DNA of 64,000 bases from Mobula hypostoma (Eukaryota). The notes under the pieces are model-generated. The model made no database searches. It saw nothing but the letters and a program-made list of their open reading frames with translations, and was not told the origin of the DNA. The stretch is taken from positions 75,578,001-75,642,000 of the forward strand of contig NC_086100.1 in NCBI RefSeq assembly GCF_963921235.1, in the 5' to 3' direction. How positions within the stretch are numbered: position 1 is the first letter of the stretch; every line of letters begins with the position of its first letter. Position numbers and translations under genes: made by a program. Positions 37,410 through 47,842 of this stretch are shown here, piece after piece.

Positions 37410-38059
37410 CCCTGCTTCTGAATATCAATTATTCATAGTATGCAAATTAATATTGCTGGCAATTTAAGAGCTCATTATTTCTTCGGTGAAAACGCTTTAT
37501 AATCACTAGAGCAGGAAACTGCTGTCCTTTCAGAGATACTACAATGTAGCACAACTACCAGAGAACATATATTTCTCTCATTCAGTTGTGTGTTATCAGC
37601 TTGTATCAAATCCTCTAACAGTCTTCTGCATGCTACAGAAGGAGCTATCCAGACATGGGTACATTGCTGACTCTTTCAAAAATCTACCCAACTTGTCCCT
37701 CTATCCAATTTGTTCCTCTGAATTTTAAGTCCATTCCAAACATCAAGGAAGTACCCATCGACACTAAGCCCATGTACCAGCCCATGGTCTGTGGCCTCCT
37801 TTATCTTAGCCTACTTTTGCAAGGCTGCATAGATAAGACTGATGCATGATGGACAGGGCAGGAGGCACAAAAATGAAACAACTATGTGCATTGTACTACT
37901 CCAAAGTCAAAGACTAGGCAGATCCATCCAATACAGATCTTACATGTACAGTACTGTACCTCAGGATGAGCCACAGGATTTGGGGAAGGCTTTCCAGTAG
38001 AAACATGACATGCTAAAGGGTCAGCCATGACAAGCTGGCATCTTAGAGATGGTTCCTGC

Positions 38060-38325
38060 TGCTTCTCCATCTACCTTATGATTGAAAGATCAAAAATGCT
38101 GTCCTTCATTAGAAGTTCTGATTCACCCCTGATCATCATCACCTTGCACGTCATTATTTACCCGCACTGCAGCTTCCCTGTAGTTTATTCTGCATTGTTA
38201 CTGCTTTATCTTGTTTTGCCTCAATGCACTGTGAAATCATTTGATCTGTATGAACAGCATGCAAGACAAGCATTTTTGTTATATCTTGGTACATGTGACA
38301 ATAATAAACCAATACCAATACCAAT
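38060..38325 (+). mobile_element. Rex1/Babar 3' UTR fragment
   Basis: ctgcactgc...cctcaatgcactg...tgtgacaataataaacc(aatacc)n. Confidence 0.75.
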
Positions 38326-38392
38326 CTCCTGATATTGGACTGAAAGTGAACTAGACTGCAATCTAGCCTAGAAGGAAGATTGTACTAGACTA

Positions 38393-38810
38393 TCAGGACT
38401 GAGAAGGAAGGGGGAAGATGCCAGAGTAAAAGAGGTGGGAGGGAAGGGAAGAGAGTTAGCTGGAAGGTGATAGGTGGGTAGGGGTTAGGGGGTAGGAAAG
38501 GTCAAGGGCTGGAGAGGAAGGAATTTGATAGGAGAGGAGCGTGGACCATAGGAGAAAGGGAAGGAAGAAAGGGGGAGATGATAGGCAAGTGAGAAGAGGT
38601 AAAAGGTCAGGGTGCAGAGTGGGGCATAGAAGGTGGGAGGGGGAGGAATTTGCTTATTGGAACATTTCCCCCTTCCTTCTCAGTCCTGAAAAAGGGTCTC
38701 GGCCCAAAGGGCCGACTGTTTATTAATTTGCAGAGATGCTGCCTGACCTGTTGAACTCCTCCAGCAAGTTGAGTGTGTTTTCCAGCACCTGCCGACTTTC
38801 TTATGTTTAT
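38393..38810. mobile_element. Inverted Penelope 3' fragments
   Basis: Purine-rich minus arm 38393-38650, then plus arm with cagtcctgaaaaagggtctcggccc and pLTR tail. Confidence 0.8.
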
Positions 38811-38974
38811 GATTTTAAAATTTTTACACTGAATTTCAAATCCAACCCAACCTTCCACTCTCTGTAATTCATTTTGGCCATAAAAACACCCTGAGCCATC
38901 AGCACTATACGGTGGTTCAAATTGCAAAGTTACCACCTCATTGCTCCAGTAACCCAGGCTCACTCCTGACCTCA

Positions 38975-39170
38975 GCGGCTGCCTACAGGGAGTTTTCGCA
39001 TTCTCCGTGTGACTGAGCAGGTTCTCCCAGTTCTTCCCACATTGTAATGACAGGTGGATTGGGAAGTAACAACTGGAGATTTCCCCTGGTGTGTAGGGGT
39101 GCGGTGGAAGCTGAGGGCAGATGGGAATGCAAGGAGAATACGTGAAAATTATTCAGGGTAGACTCAATGG
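38975..39170 (+). mobile_element. Decayed V-SINE fragment
   Basis: gctgcctacagggagtttt...ttctccgtgtgactg...ttcttcccac. Confidence 0.55.
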
Positions 39171-39337
39171 GCAAAATGATCTCCTTCAAAGTCAAAAGGA
39201 AGTGTAGAAATATTGTGCTCCAATTCAATTGTTATAGCACAGGCAGCTATGCATTCAGCTGATAATCCCATCCACCTTTTAACTACTGCCAAAACAATTT
39301 CCTGACCATACTTTCAGTTATCAATGTTGCTATCATT

Positions 39338-39620
39338 GGGCGACACAGTAACGTAGTGGTTAGCACAAAATTTTATCTGGGTTCAATTCCTACCGCTGCC
39401 TTTAAGGAGTTTGTACGTTCTCCCCTTGACCACATGGGTTTCTTCAGAGTACTCCGGTTTCCACCCACAGTCCAAAAACGTAGTGGTTGGTGGGTTAATT
39501 GGTTGTTGAAATTGTCCCATAATTAGACTAAAATTAATTTGGGGGATTGCTGGGTGGCATAGTTCGAAGGCTCAGAAGGGCCTATTCTGCACTGTATTTC
39601 AATCAATCGATAAATAAATA
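39338..39620 (+). mobile_element. V-SINE (HE1-like), near full length
   Basis: A box ..gtagtggttagc, B box gggttcaattcc, V-domain ggagtttgtacgttctcccc...ctccggtttcc..cacagtccaaa, (TAAA)n tail. Confidence 0.9.
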
Positions 39621-39667
39621 TTTAGTTATGTGTTCATCTCAAATGTTGTTTGCTAAAGATGCCTATT

Positions 39668-40243
39668 ATAGCGCCTGTGTACAATGCTCCCTCAGTTGTC
39701 ATCTTCTGGATAGACCACAAAACTATTTATTTCACTTCTTTTACATCTGCTTTTCGTCTTGAATGTGTTTCTGGAAATGCTGGAGCCTACGATTTGCCGT
39801 TTGGAGATCATTTGGGTGATCCAGTGCTTTGCCATCTCTGAGAGGATTCCAGAAGGCAGCGAGTGTGAGCCTCAAAGCGAGAAGGCTTTGGGATGGGTCG
39901 TGAGCTGATGTTTGACTCAATTTTGCTAATTAAAGCTTCCACTGTTTGCCAATTAAAGCAACAAGGGAGATTGAAACATCAATGTGAATGAGGAGGGCAA
40001 GCACCTCATTTTGGGAATTTTGGGACCAATGTTCTTGTTGTGTTTTGTGCGCGGACGGGGGAGGCTTGGGGGTTGATGATCCTGTTGCTGTTCTTTTTAG
40101 TGCAGGGGTGGGGGTGGGTTAGCTGTTTTTCTCTAAAATTACTTCCTTGGTTTTTCTTTGTTCTGTGACTAACTGGAGAAGAAGAACCTCAGAGTTGTAT
40201 ACTGCTACATACTTTGATAATAAATGAACCTTTGAAACTTTGA
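39668..40243 (+). mobile_element. Non-autonomous Rex-tail retroelement (copy 2)
   Basis: Colinear with 6911-7651 (gcgcctgtgtacaatgctccc...cttctggatagaccacaaaactatttatttcac...); tail ctttgataataaatgaacctttgaaactttgaa. Confidence 0.75.
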
Positions 40244-40341
40244 ACAAACCTGTGATGTTAAAAATGCTAAGTGAACACTTAAATTGTTGGATCAGCAAAT
40301 CTTGAGACATGATGGTTATTAACAGATACGGGGATAGTGCT

Positions 40342-40470
40342 GTCCTGATGAGGGATTTTGGCCTGAAACATCAACTGTTTATTCCTTTCCATAGATGCTG
40401 TCTGACCTGCTGAGTTCCTCCAGCATTTCAAGTGTGTTACTGGAGTTCCAAGGTCTGCAGATGTGTTGAT
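40342..40470 (+). mobile_element. Short Penelope pLTR fragment beginning at the hammerhead
   Basis: gtcCTGATGAgggattttggcctGAAAcaTC...gatgctgtctgacctgctgagttcctccagc. Confidence 0.85.
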
Positions 40471-41059
40471 GATCCTGCTGCTTGTTTTGATCATTGACAA
40501 ACAAAGGAAAATCAGATGTTGAGTGCCTCAGGAACGAAGCAGAACTGATGGATAATTTGCTACTGGCCAAGATCAATTTCATCTCCGTGAGTTCAGTTTC
40601 TATCAACAAGATCATCAGGCATACAACTGCATCAGATTGCACAATTGCCAGCTTGAGGAAACCATTAATCTTGAGATTTAAATGTAAGCAGTTGCTGATA
40701 TTAAGGGATGTACAAAGTCTCAGGCAGGACACATTAGCCTACTGTGGACTTGCTGCATCAGAGCAGCAGACAAGGGCCCATTGATATTAATGGCAATAGG
40801 CATCAGACATGCAAATTGAGCACCACAGCGATCTCAGAACATATTTATCAAACTCGTTGAGTAATTATTTTGACAGAGCAATTCTCAAAATTGAAGGATT
40901 TGGCCCTTTTTTATGGTGATTGGGTGGAACTGAGAAAAGAGGTGCCAAAATTAACTATTAAAAAGAGAGTCTGTACTATTCTGCTTCTTGTCACCAGTCT
41001 TCAGCATAAATCAGCACCTTTCCAATGAATGAAAAATTTGAATGTTCAATAGATAACAT

Positions 41060-41430
41060 ACTGACTCTGTTACAGACCAAGTGCTGGCAGGCTTGATTCA
41101 GAGAAAAAAATACATCCCCCTTTCTGTGGTATCTAGTAAAATGAGTCACAGTGTCAGAATTCAGATTGAGATAAAGAGAAAATTCTTCAGTTAGACTGAT
41201 TAAAACATATGGAATTCTCGATAATGGAAGGCTGTGGAGGACAGTTTGCTGAATATACAAAGTAGTTAAGGAGATGGAAGGATTTGTAATTATCAAAAGT
41301 ATCAAATAGTATGGAGAGAGAACAAGACTATAGCATTGAGACAGAAGATCAGCCCTGGTTATGTTGAATACAGAAACAGTCTTGAAGGTCTGAGCAGTCT
41401 GAACCTACTCCTGTATTCCTGTCTTTCTTC
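41060..41430 (+). mobile_element. Decayed CR1 3' end
   Basis: aaattcttcagttag...tggaattctc...aaggctgtggag...agatcagcc...cctactcctg. Confidence 0.75.
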
Positions 41431-42024
41431 AGATGTGGTGTACGCTGTGTTGAGGAATTTATATAAATACATCAATGTTTTTCCAATCATCACCACCGGA
41501 TGGAGACAGAGATTTAGATTGAGCACTTGAGGGTGCAGCATTCCTTGTCCTGGTTTGATCCCACGGTAAAGGTTAATATGCTTACCTGTTAACCCTTTGT
41601 GTCCAAAATTTCACATCCTTAACTAATATATCCAGCCTTTAACAAATTGGCTATAAGTTGAAAAGCAAATTTCAATATTTAACCCTGATGCAAAATCATA
41701 ATGCACGGTGTATGACATAGAAAGTACTACATATCAGCTTATTAACTGAGATATCCATAAATTTACTATTTCACATTATAATAAAATGAGACATTCCATT
41801 ACCAACATCATTAACGTTATAGAGCTACAATTTGGCGTGTTTAGTGATTGAAAATATTAATCATGTTTAATTGTGTAATCATAAAAAAATTAACTAGTTG
41901 CATTAATCACGTTGTCAGACAATAGGAGACCAATATTTTAGAAGAGCATGAAAGACAAAGGAAAATGCCAGAGATGGACGGTGGGGAGTGAAGGGAGATT
42001 GAGAAAAGAGATTGGAGGTAGAGA

Positions 42025-42425
42025 ATAGGTGTTGGGTCGAGCAGGCTGGGACTTTATTCGCTGGAGTGTAAGAGAATGAGGCGTGATCTTATGGTGGAGT
42101 ATAAAATCATGAGGGCATAGATCAGGTGAATGCACACAATCTTTTCCCTGTGTTATGAAGTCAAGAACCAGAGGCCACTGGTTTAAGGTGAGAGGGGAGA
42201 AATTTAATAGAAGCCTGGTAGTCAGCTTTTTCACCCAGAGGGTTGTCCCTATGTGGAAGTAGTTGGCCAGGTACATGAACAACATTTGTACAAGGCACTT
42301 GATCAGGTACATGGATAGGAAAGATCAGAGGGGTATATGCCAAATGAGGGAAAATTGGACTTTCTCAGATGGGCATCTTGTTTGTCACTTTGAAAGGCCT
42401 GTATCTGCGCCATATGGCTCTATGG
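42025..42425 (+). mobile_element. CR1 3' fragment
   Basis: LGLYSLECKRMRRDL..., accagaggccactggtttaagg, tail tatggctctatggctcta. Confidence 0.85.
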
Positions 42426-42689
42426 CTCTAACTCCCATATTTTCTACATTAAGTATTTATGATTAATATGGCTCGGTTACTTGATATTAAATATGTGTCT
42501 TTAATGATGCTTTAATTACCTTGATTGATATTACATGCAGAATGTTTCTGTTCTGCACTGTTGGTCTCTGCTGATCAGCTGCTAAGACTTCAAAGTAAAA
42601 GATCTGTGACATTTACAAGAAATATTAATTTATACAATTCTGGGATCATTTGTGCTGCAATACGCAATTCTGACTGATCTACTGTCACT

Positions 42690-43050
42690 CATTCAGTGAC
42701 TGCATTCTCACCTCTGGGCCAGAGGGTATTGAACGCAATTCTCTCGGCAAAGTTGAGGATAAAATCCAGAGTGATGCTACATGCTGACGGCTAAAATTGT
42801 CATCCTGAGGTGTGATGCGAAATCAAGGTCCTGTCTATTCCTTTAGACATGTGTGAAAGAACCAAGTACTGGTTTGAAATAGAGCAGTGGACTTCCCTCA
42901 GTGTCCTGGCCAGCATCAATCCTGCATCTTCCATCTGGTTGTCTGCCTCCTTGCTGTTTGTGGCAGGTGTGTGCATGATGGCTGTAATGCTTTCTTCATT
43001 AAGTCAGCAATCACATTGTTGGCAATGAAATGCATTATTTAAGTGCAAGT
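42690..43050 (+). mobile_element. Decayed DeuSINE (SacSINE1-like)
   Basis: ctcacctctg...aaatcaaggtcctgtct...tttgaaatagagcag...gtgtcctggccagcat...ttgctgtttgtgg. Confidence 0.65.
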
Positions 43051-43356
43051 TCTTCCTTTCTACTGCCTCATGTTTGAGTTGAACATTGCCCCATGTGATG
43101 GTAACTCATTCAGCTCCCTTGTGTCACAATGTAATGTGAGTCAATGTGTTTGCCTGTAAAACTCTCCACCCCCAACATAAGTTGTATTGTATTGCTGTTG
43201 AAAGGTGGTGGTGGGGGGGAGGGGGCAGAGATTAACGAGTTCACTCAGAAGCTGAAGAGAAGTTAGTGGGAAGAGACATTCTGGGAGGCACTCTGTAGCA
43301 GGATGGTGATTGAGGAGAAACTAAGAAGTAATCTGACTACCTACTGAGTGATAGAA

Positions 43357-44155
43357 GCACACAAGAGGTTCTGCAGATACAGGAAATTTTGAGCAACGCA
43401 CTGAAAATGTGGGAGTAACTCAGCAAGTCAGACAGCATCTATGAAGGGAAGTGAACAGTTGACGTTCCAGACCAAGGCACTTCATCTGGACTGGAAAGGA
43501 AGAAGACAAAAGCCAGAAGAAGAAGTGGGGGGAGGGGTGGTGGGGGAGTAGCAGCAGCTGCCAGGTGACAGGTGAAACCAAGTGAGGAGGAAGGTAAGTG
43601 GATGGGAGATGAAGTAAGAAGCTGACAGGTGATAGGTGGAAGAGGTAAAGGGTTAAGAAAGAAGGAATCTGATAGGAGGGGTCAGTGGACCAAGAATAAA
43701 GGGAAGGAGATGGGGAACCAGAGGGAGGGGATGAGCAGGTCATGAGGATGGGGAGGGGAAGAAAAGGGTTGAGAAGGCCACCAGAAGTAGGGAGAACATA
43801 AAGGGGGGGTTGGAACAGAGGGGAGTGGTATGAGAAGTTAGAGAAATCAATGTTCATTCCATCAGGTTCAATATGAGGTGTTTCTCCTCCAACCTGCACT
43901 TTGCCTCATTGTGGCAGTAGACACATATGAAATATGCTTCTCGCATCATTCCCTTTCAACCCCCCTCTCCCACCCACCCATCTTCCCCCTCGCCTGCCAG
44001 CTTGTACTCACTCCCCTCCCCTCACTCTCTTCTTCTGGCTTCTTCCCCCTTCCATCCTAGTCCTGACGAAGGGTCTTGGCCCGAAACATCGACTGTTTAT
44101 TTCCTTCCATAGATGCTGCCTGATTTGCTGAGTTCCTCCAGCATTTTGTGTTTGG
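43357..44155. mobile_element. Fold-back Penelope-derived element
   Basis: Minus arm 43357-~43925 (includes GIY-YIG C-terminal ..PDGMNIDFSNF), plus arm ~43950-44155. Confidence 0.88.
44058..44095 (+). ncRNA. Minimal type-I hammerhead ribozyme motif (Penelope type)
   Basis: Stem I UAGUC/GACUG; core CUGACGA; extra A; stem II GGGU-CUUG-GCCC; GAAA; near-absent stem III (AC.AU, family consensus ACGU palindrome); cleavage triplet AUC ending at 44090. Confidence 0.75.
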
Positions 44156-44792
44156 TTCCAACTGAATAAAGTACATTGGCTAGAAATATTAATATGTTAA
44201 AAATCAGAAGATGAAGGCAGGGATGAAAATGTACCTCTGTAATTAAACTAGAGTAAAACAAAGCTGAAACCAATAAGATACAGTATAACTAAAATTTTCA
44301 AATATGCTTAAACCTTAAGTAAATTTTATCTAAGTGCCAATATGTTCCTTATACATGAAAGTACCGAGCTAATCCTTCTTCTGGTCCATGCAGAGCTAAT
44401 TAGAAATATCTTTTGAGTGTTTCCAATGCATTGGATAGGACCAGATTTTACATTAACTATTGGAGTTTCCTGTTGAAAGCCTTGCTGGTATTCATTATCG
44501 GAGAGCGGACCACAAAACCAAAAGAGGAAGCTAAACCACTTGGCTCACAAAGTTGAAAATTCTTTGTATCAGAAGGTCACCACACACATGAACATTATTA
44601 GAGACAAGATTGATTAATTATGACCACAAAATCTTTGCAGATGTACTTCAGAGCCTCATCACAAAAGAGAGTTGGATTTATGCCTACCTACATGAAAACT
44701 ACCTTGGGGTGCATTTACAATAATATCTATTTTACCCTGCTTTGTCTGCTGTTTCTGTAGAATACCTTGTGATCAGTCTACGTACCTTTGTA

Positions 44793-45340
44793 CATAGAGC
44801 CATAGAGTCACAGAGCAGTACAGCTCAGAAACAGGTCCTTTGGGCCAACCGTATTGAATTTTCATTTTGCTTAGTCCTGTCAACCTGCACCTGAAACATA
44901 GCCCTATCCATGTACTTATCCAAACTTCTCTTAACTGTAGCAATCACCACTCCTGCTGGCAGTTCTTTCCATACTCACATCACCGTCTGAGTGAATTAGT
45001 TTCCCCTTAAATATTTCACCTTTCATCCTTAACCTATGATGTTAGATCCAGTCTCACCCAAACTAAGTGGAAAAAGCCTGCTTACATCTACCCGATCAAT
45101 ACACTCGTAATTTTGTATACCTCTATCAAATGTCCCCTCCTTCTCCTAACCTATGAAGTCCTAACCAATTCAGTCTTTTCTTTCACTCGGACCCTTAAGT
45201 CTCAGCAACTTTCTTGTAAATATTGTTTGTGATCATTCAATCTTATTGAAAGGGTTCAATAACCTGGGTGGCCAGAGCTGCACATAATCATCCAAATTTA
45301 TCTTCACCAATGTCTTAAACAACTTCAACATTATATCTCC
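44793..45340 (-). mobile_element. CR1 3' fragment
   Basis: (catagag)n tail, gaaacaggtcctttgg, ttttgtatacctctatcaaat (DLIEVYK). Confidence 0.88.
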
Positions 45341-45344
45341 CACT

Positions 45345-45966
45345 GCCTGGTATGAAAACACCAATGCCCTAGAACAGAAAAACCAACAACAAAATGGTGG
45401 ACACAGCCCAGTCTATCACAGGAAAAGCTCTCCCCACCATTGAGCACATCTACAAAGAGCATTGCCACAAGAAAGCAGCGTCATCAAGGACTGCTGGGCC
45501 TGCTCTCTACTCGCTACTACTATCAGGAAGAAGGTACAGGAAGAAGCCTTAGGTCCCATACCTCCAAGGTCAGGAACAGTTATTAGCCTTCAACCATCAG
45601 ACTCCGAAACCAGTGTGAATATCTTCACTCTCCATAACACTGAGCATTGAACACAAACCCTAGACTCACTTTCAGGGACTCTCCAATCAATCGTGTTCTC
45701 AGTGTTGTTTATGTATTTACTTATGTTTATCTATTTATTTATTTATCTATCTATTGACATTTATTTATTTATTCATCTATCTATCTCTATTTATTATTAC
45801 TTGTTTCTTTTTGTATCTGCATAATTTGTCAGTCTTCCTTTGTGTGTAGTTTTTCATGAATCTATTTTACTTTATTCGACTGTGAATACCTACAAAAAAT
45901 GAATCTCAGGGTAATATTTGGTGACATATATGTATTTTGATAATAAATTTACTTTGAACCTTGAAT
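45345..45966 (+). mobile_element. Rex1/Babar 3' fragment
   Basis: AWYENTNA...VDTAQSITG..LPTIEHIY; tail gaatctcagggt...tttgataataaatttactttgaa. Confidence 0.88.
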
Positions 45967-46339
45967 TTCAAATGGGTTTGTCTTGGATATTGTCTTATAT
46001 CCAGCCAATTATTTGACTTTACTTAACAAGACCTTTTATTCTGTTCATGGTGACATTGAATGCAGGAAATAAAAACATGAGCAGATCCATTGGGCCCGTT
46101 GAGTCTGTTCCACCATTCAGGAAGATCAGGCTGCTCTGAACTTGACTTATCTCTATGTACAGCATCTGGTTTTAGGGTGTTGAACATCTCTGAGCAATCA
46201 CTGAGTAGCTTGTCTATTTCTCATAGATGTTACAAAGTACCAGACTGGAACCAATATCCTGGTTGGGAGATATGTGAGTGCAGTGGGAGGGGACAGAATC
46301 TTGAGCAATAGGGTGATGACCAGGTGATAACATAGTAGC

Positions 46340-47842
46340 CAATGAGAACAAATGTAGTCATTAGGGTCGGCAGGAACATAGTAAATCGAGAAAAAAGAGC
46401 ATTTGTTTAAACTTGGAGGCTTGATATGTAGAACTCGGGGTGTGGATTGGCTTTGAGAATTGGGATATCAAAACCATAATAGAAACCTGACTGATGGAAG
46501 GGCAGGACAGGCAGCTCCAGGATACAAATACTACAAGTGTGAAAGAGGTGGAGGTAAGAGTGGACAGGGAGTTGCCTTCTTGATGAAAGAAGAAATAACA
46601 ATGGTTCTTTGAGAAGACATTCTGGGGGGTGGGGTGGGGAGATCTTCCACTGAGGCCATATGGGTAGAACGTAGAAAATAGAAAGGGAATGGTCACTCTG
46701 ATAGAATTGTATTATACATCCCCAATAGTCAGTGAGAATTGGAGGAGCATATATAGAGAGATTGCAGCTTGTTGTAAAAAATAGGGTAGTATTAGTGAGA
46801 GGTTTGAAATTTCCCCAATACTGACTGAGTCAATCAAGATTTGGATGGAGTGGAATTAGTGACATGCGTCCAAGAAACTTACTGGATCATTATATAGTGG
46901 GGCATATTACAGTGGGTACAACACTGGATCTTCTCCTGGAGTATGAGGTAGGGCAGATGCTGGAAGTATCTGTTGGCAAGCACATTGTGTCCAGTGACCA
47001 TGAATCTATTTTGTAGATTTAAAATAGTTACACAGAAGGATAGCGCTGGTTCACATGTTAAGGTCCTGAACTGGGGGAGAGTAAATTTTGGAGCCACTAG
47101 GTAGTTGGCTTGGTGAGGTTGTTTGCAGGGAGTAGAGTATCTCTCAAGTGGAAGGTCTTTAATGGTGTGTTATCAAGAGTTCAGGGCCAGCATGTTCCTT
47201 TTAGGATAAAGGACAAGGCTTGCAGGATTAGGGAACACTGGTTGACAAAAATATTGATGTTCTGGTTAAGAAAAAGAGGAAGATATACACAGTGCTAAGC
47301 ATCTGGGAACTGGTGAATCTCTTGCAAACTACAAGAATAGTAGGAGTTCACTTAAGAGAGAAGTAAGGAGAGCAAAAAGAGGAAACAGGAATCGGTAGAC
47401 AAGGTGAAGCAAAATCCTAAGAGATTCTATGGGTATATTAAGAGTAAAAGAGCAACGAGGGGAGAATATGTTCCCTTAAAGATTACCATAGCCATCTGAG
47501 TGAAAAACCAAAGAATATTTTTAATGAATATTTCTCTTCAATTTCTGCCATGGGGAAATTGATGGAAGTTAAGGAAAGGGGGGAAAATGAGTGGTGTTGC
47601 TTTGAATTTGCTGGAGATGATTCTGAGGGACAGGATCTACCAACACTTGGACAGATAGGATCTGATTGGGGCAGTCAGCACAGCTTTGTGTGTGAGGGAA
47701 GTCATGTCTGACAAGTCTCTTGTAGTTCTCCAAGGTAGTAACCAAGAAGATAGATGACAGTAGGGCAATGGATGTTGTCTATATGGACGTTAGTAAGGTA
47801 GTTGACAAGGTCTGTCATGGCAGGCTAGTCTGGAAGGTTAGA
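46340..47842 (+). mobile_element. Decayed CR1 ORF2 (endonuclease to RT N-terminus)
   Basis: ETWL..GQD.QL, EAIWVE, SDH, NPKRFY.YIKSK, DVVYMD..K..DKV.HGRL. Confidence 0.85.

Noticed and set aside
40520-40600. Loose hairpin as a pre-miRNA
   Set aside because: Too many mismatches and no match to a miRNA family I recognise
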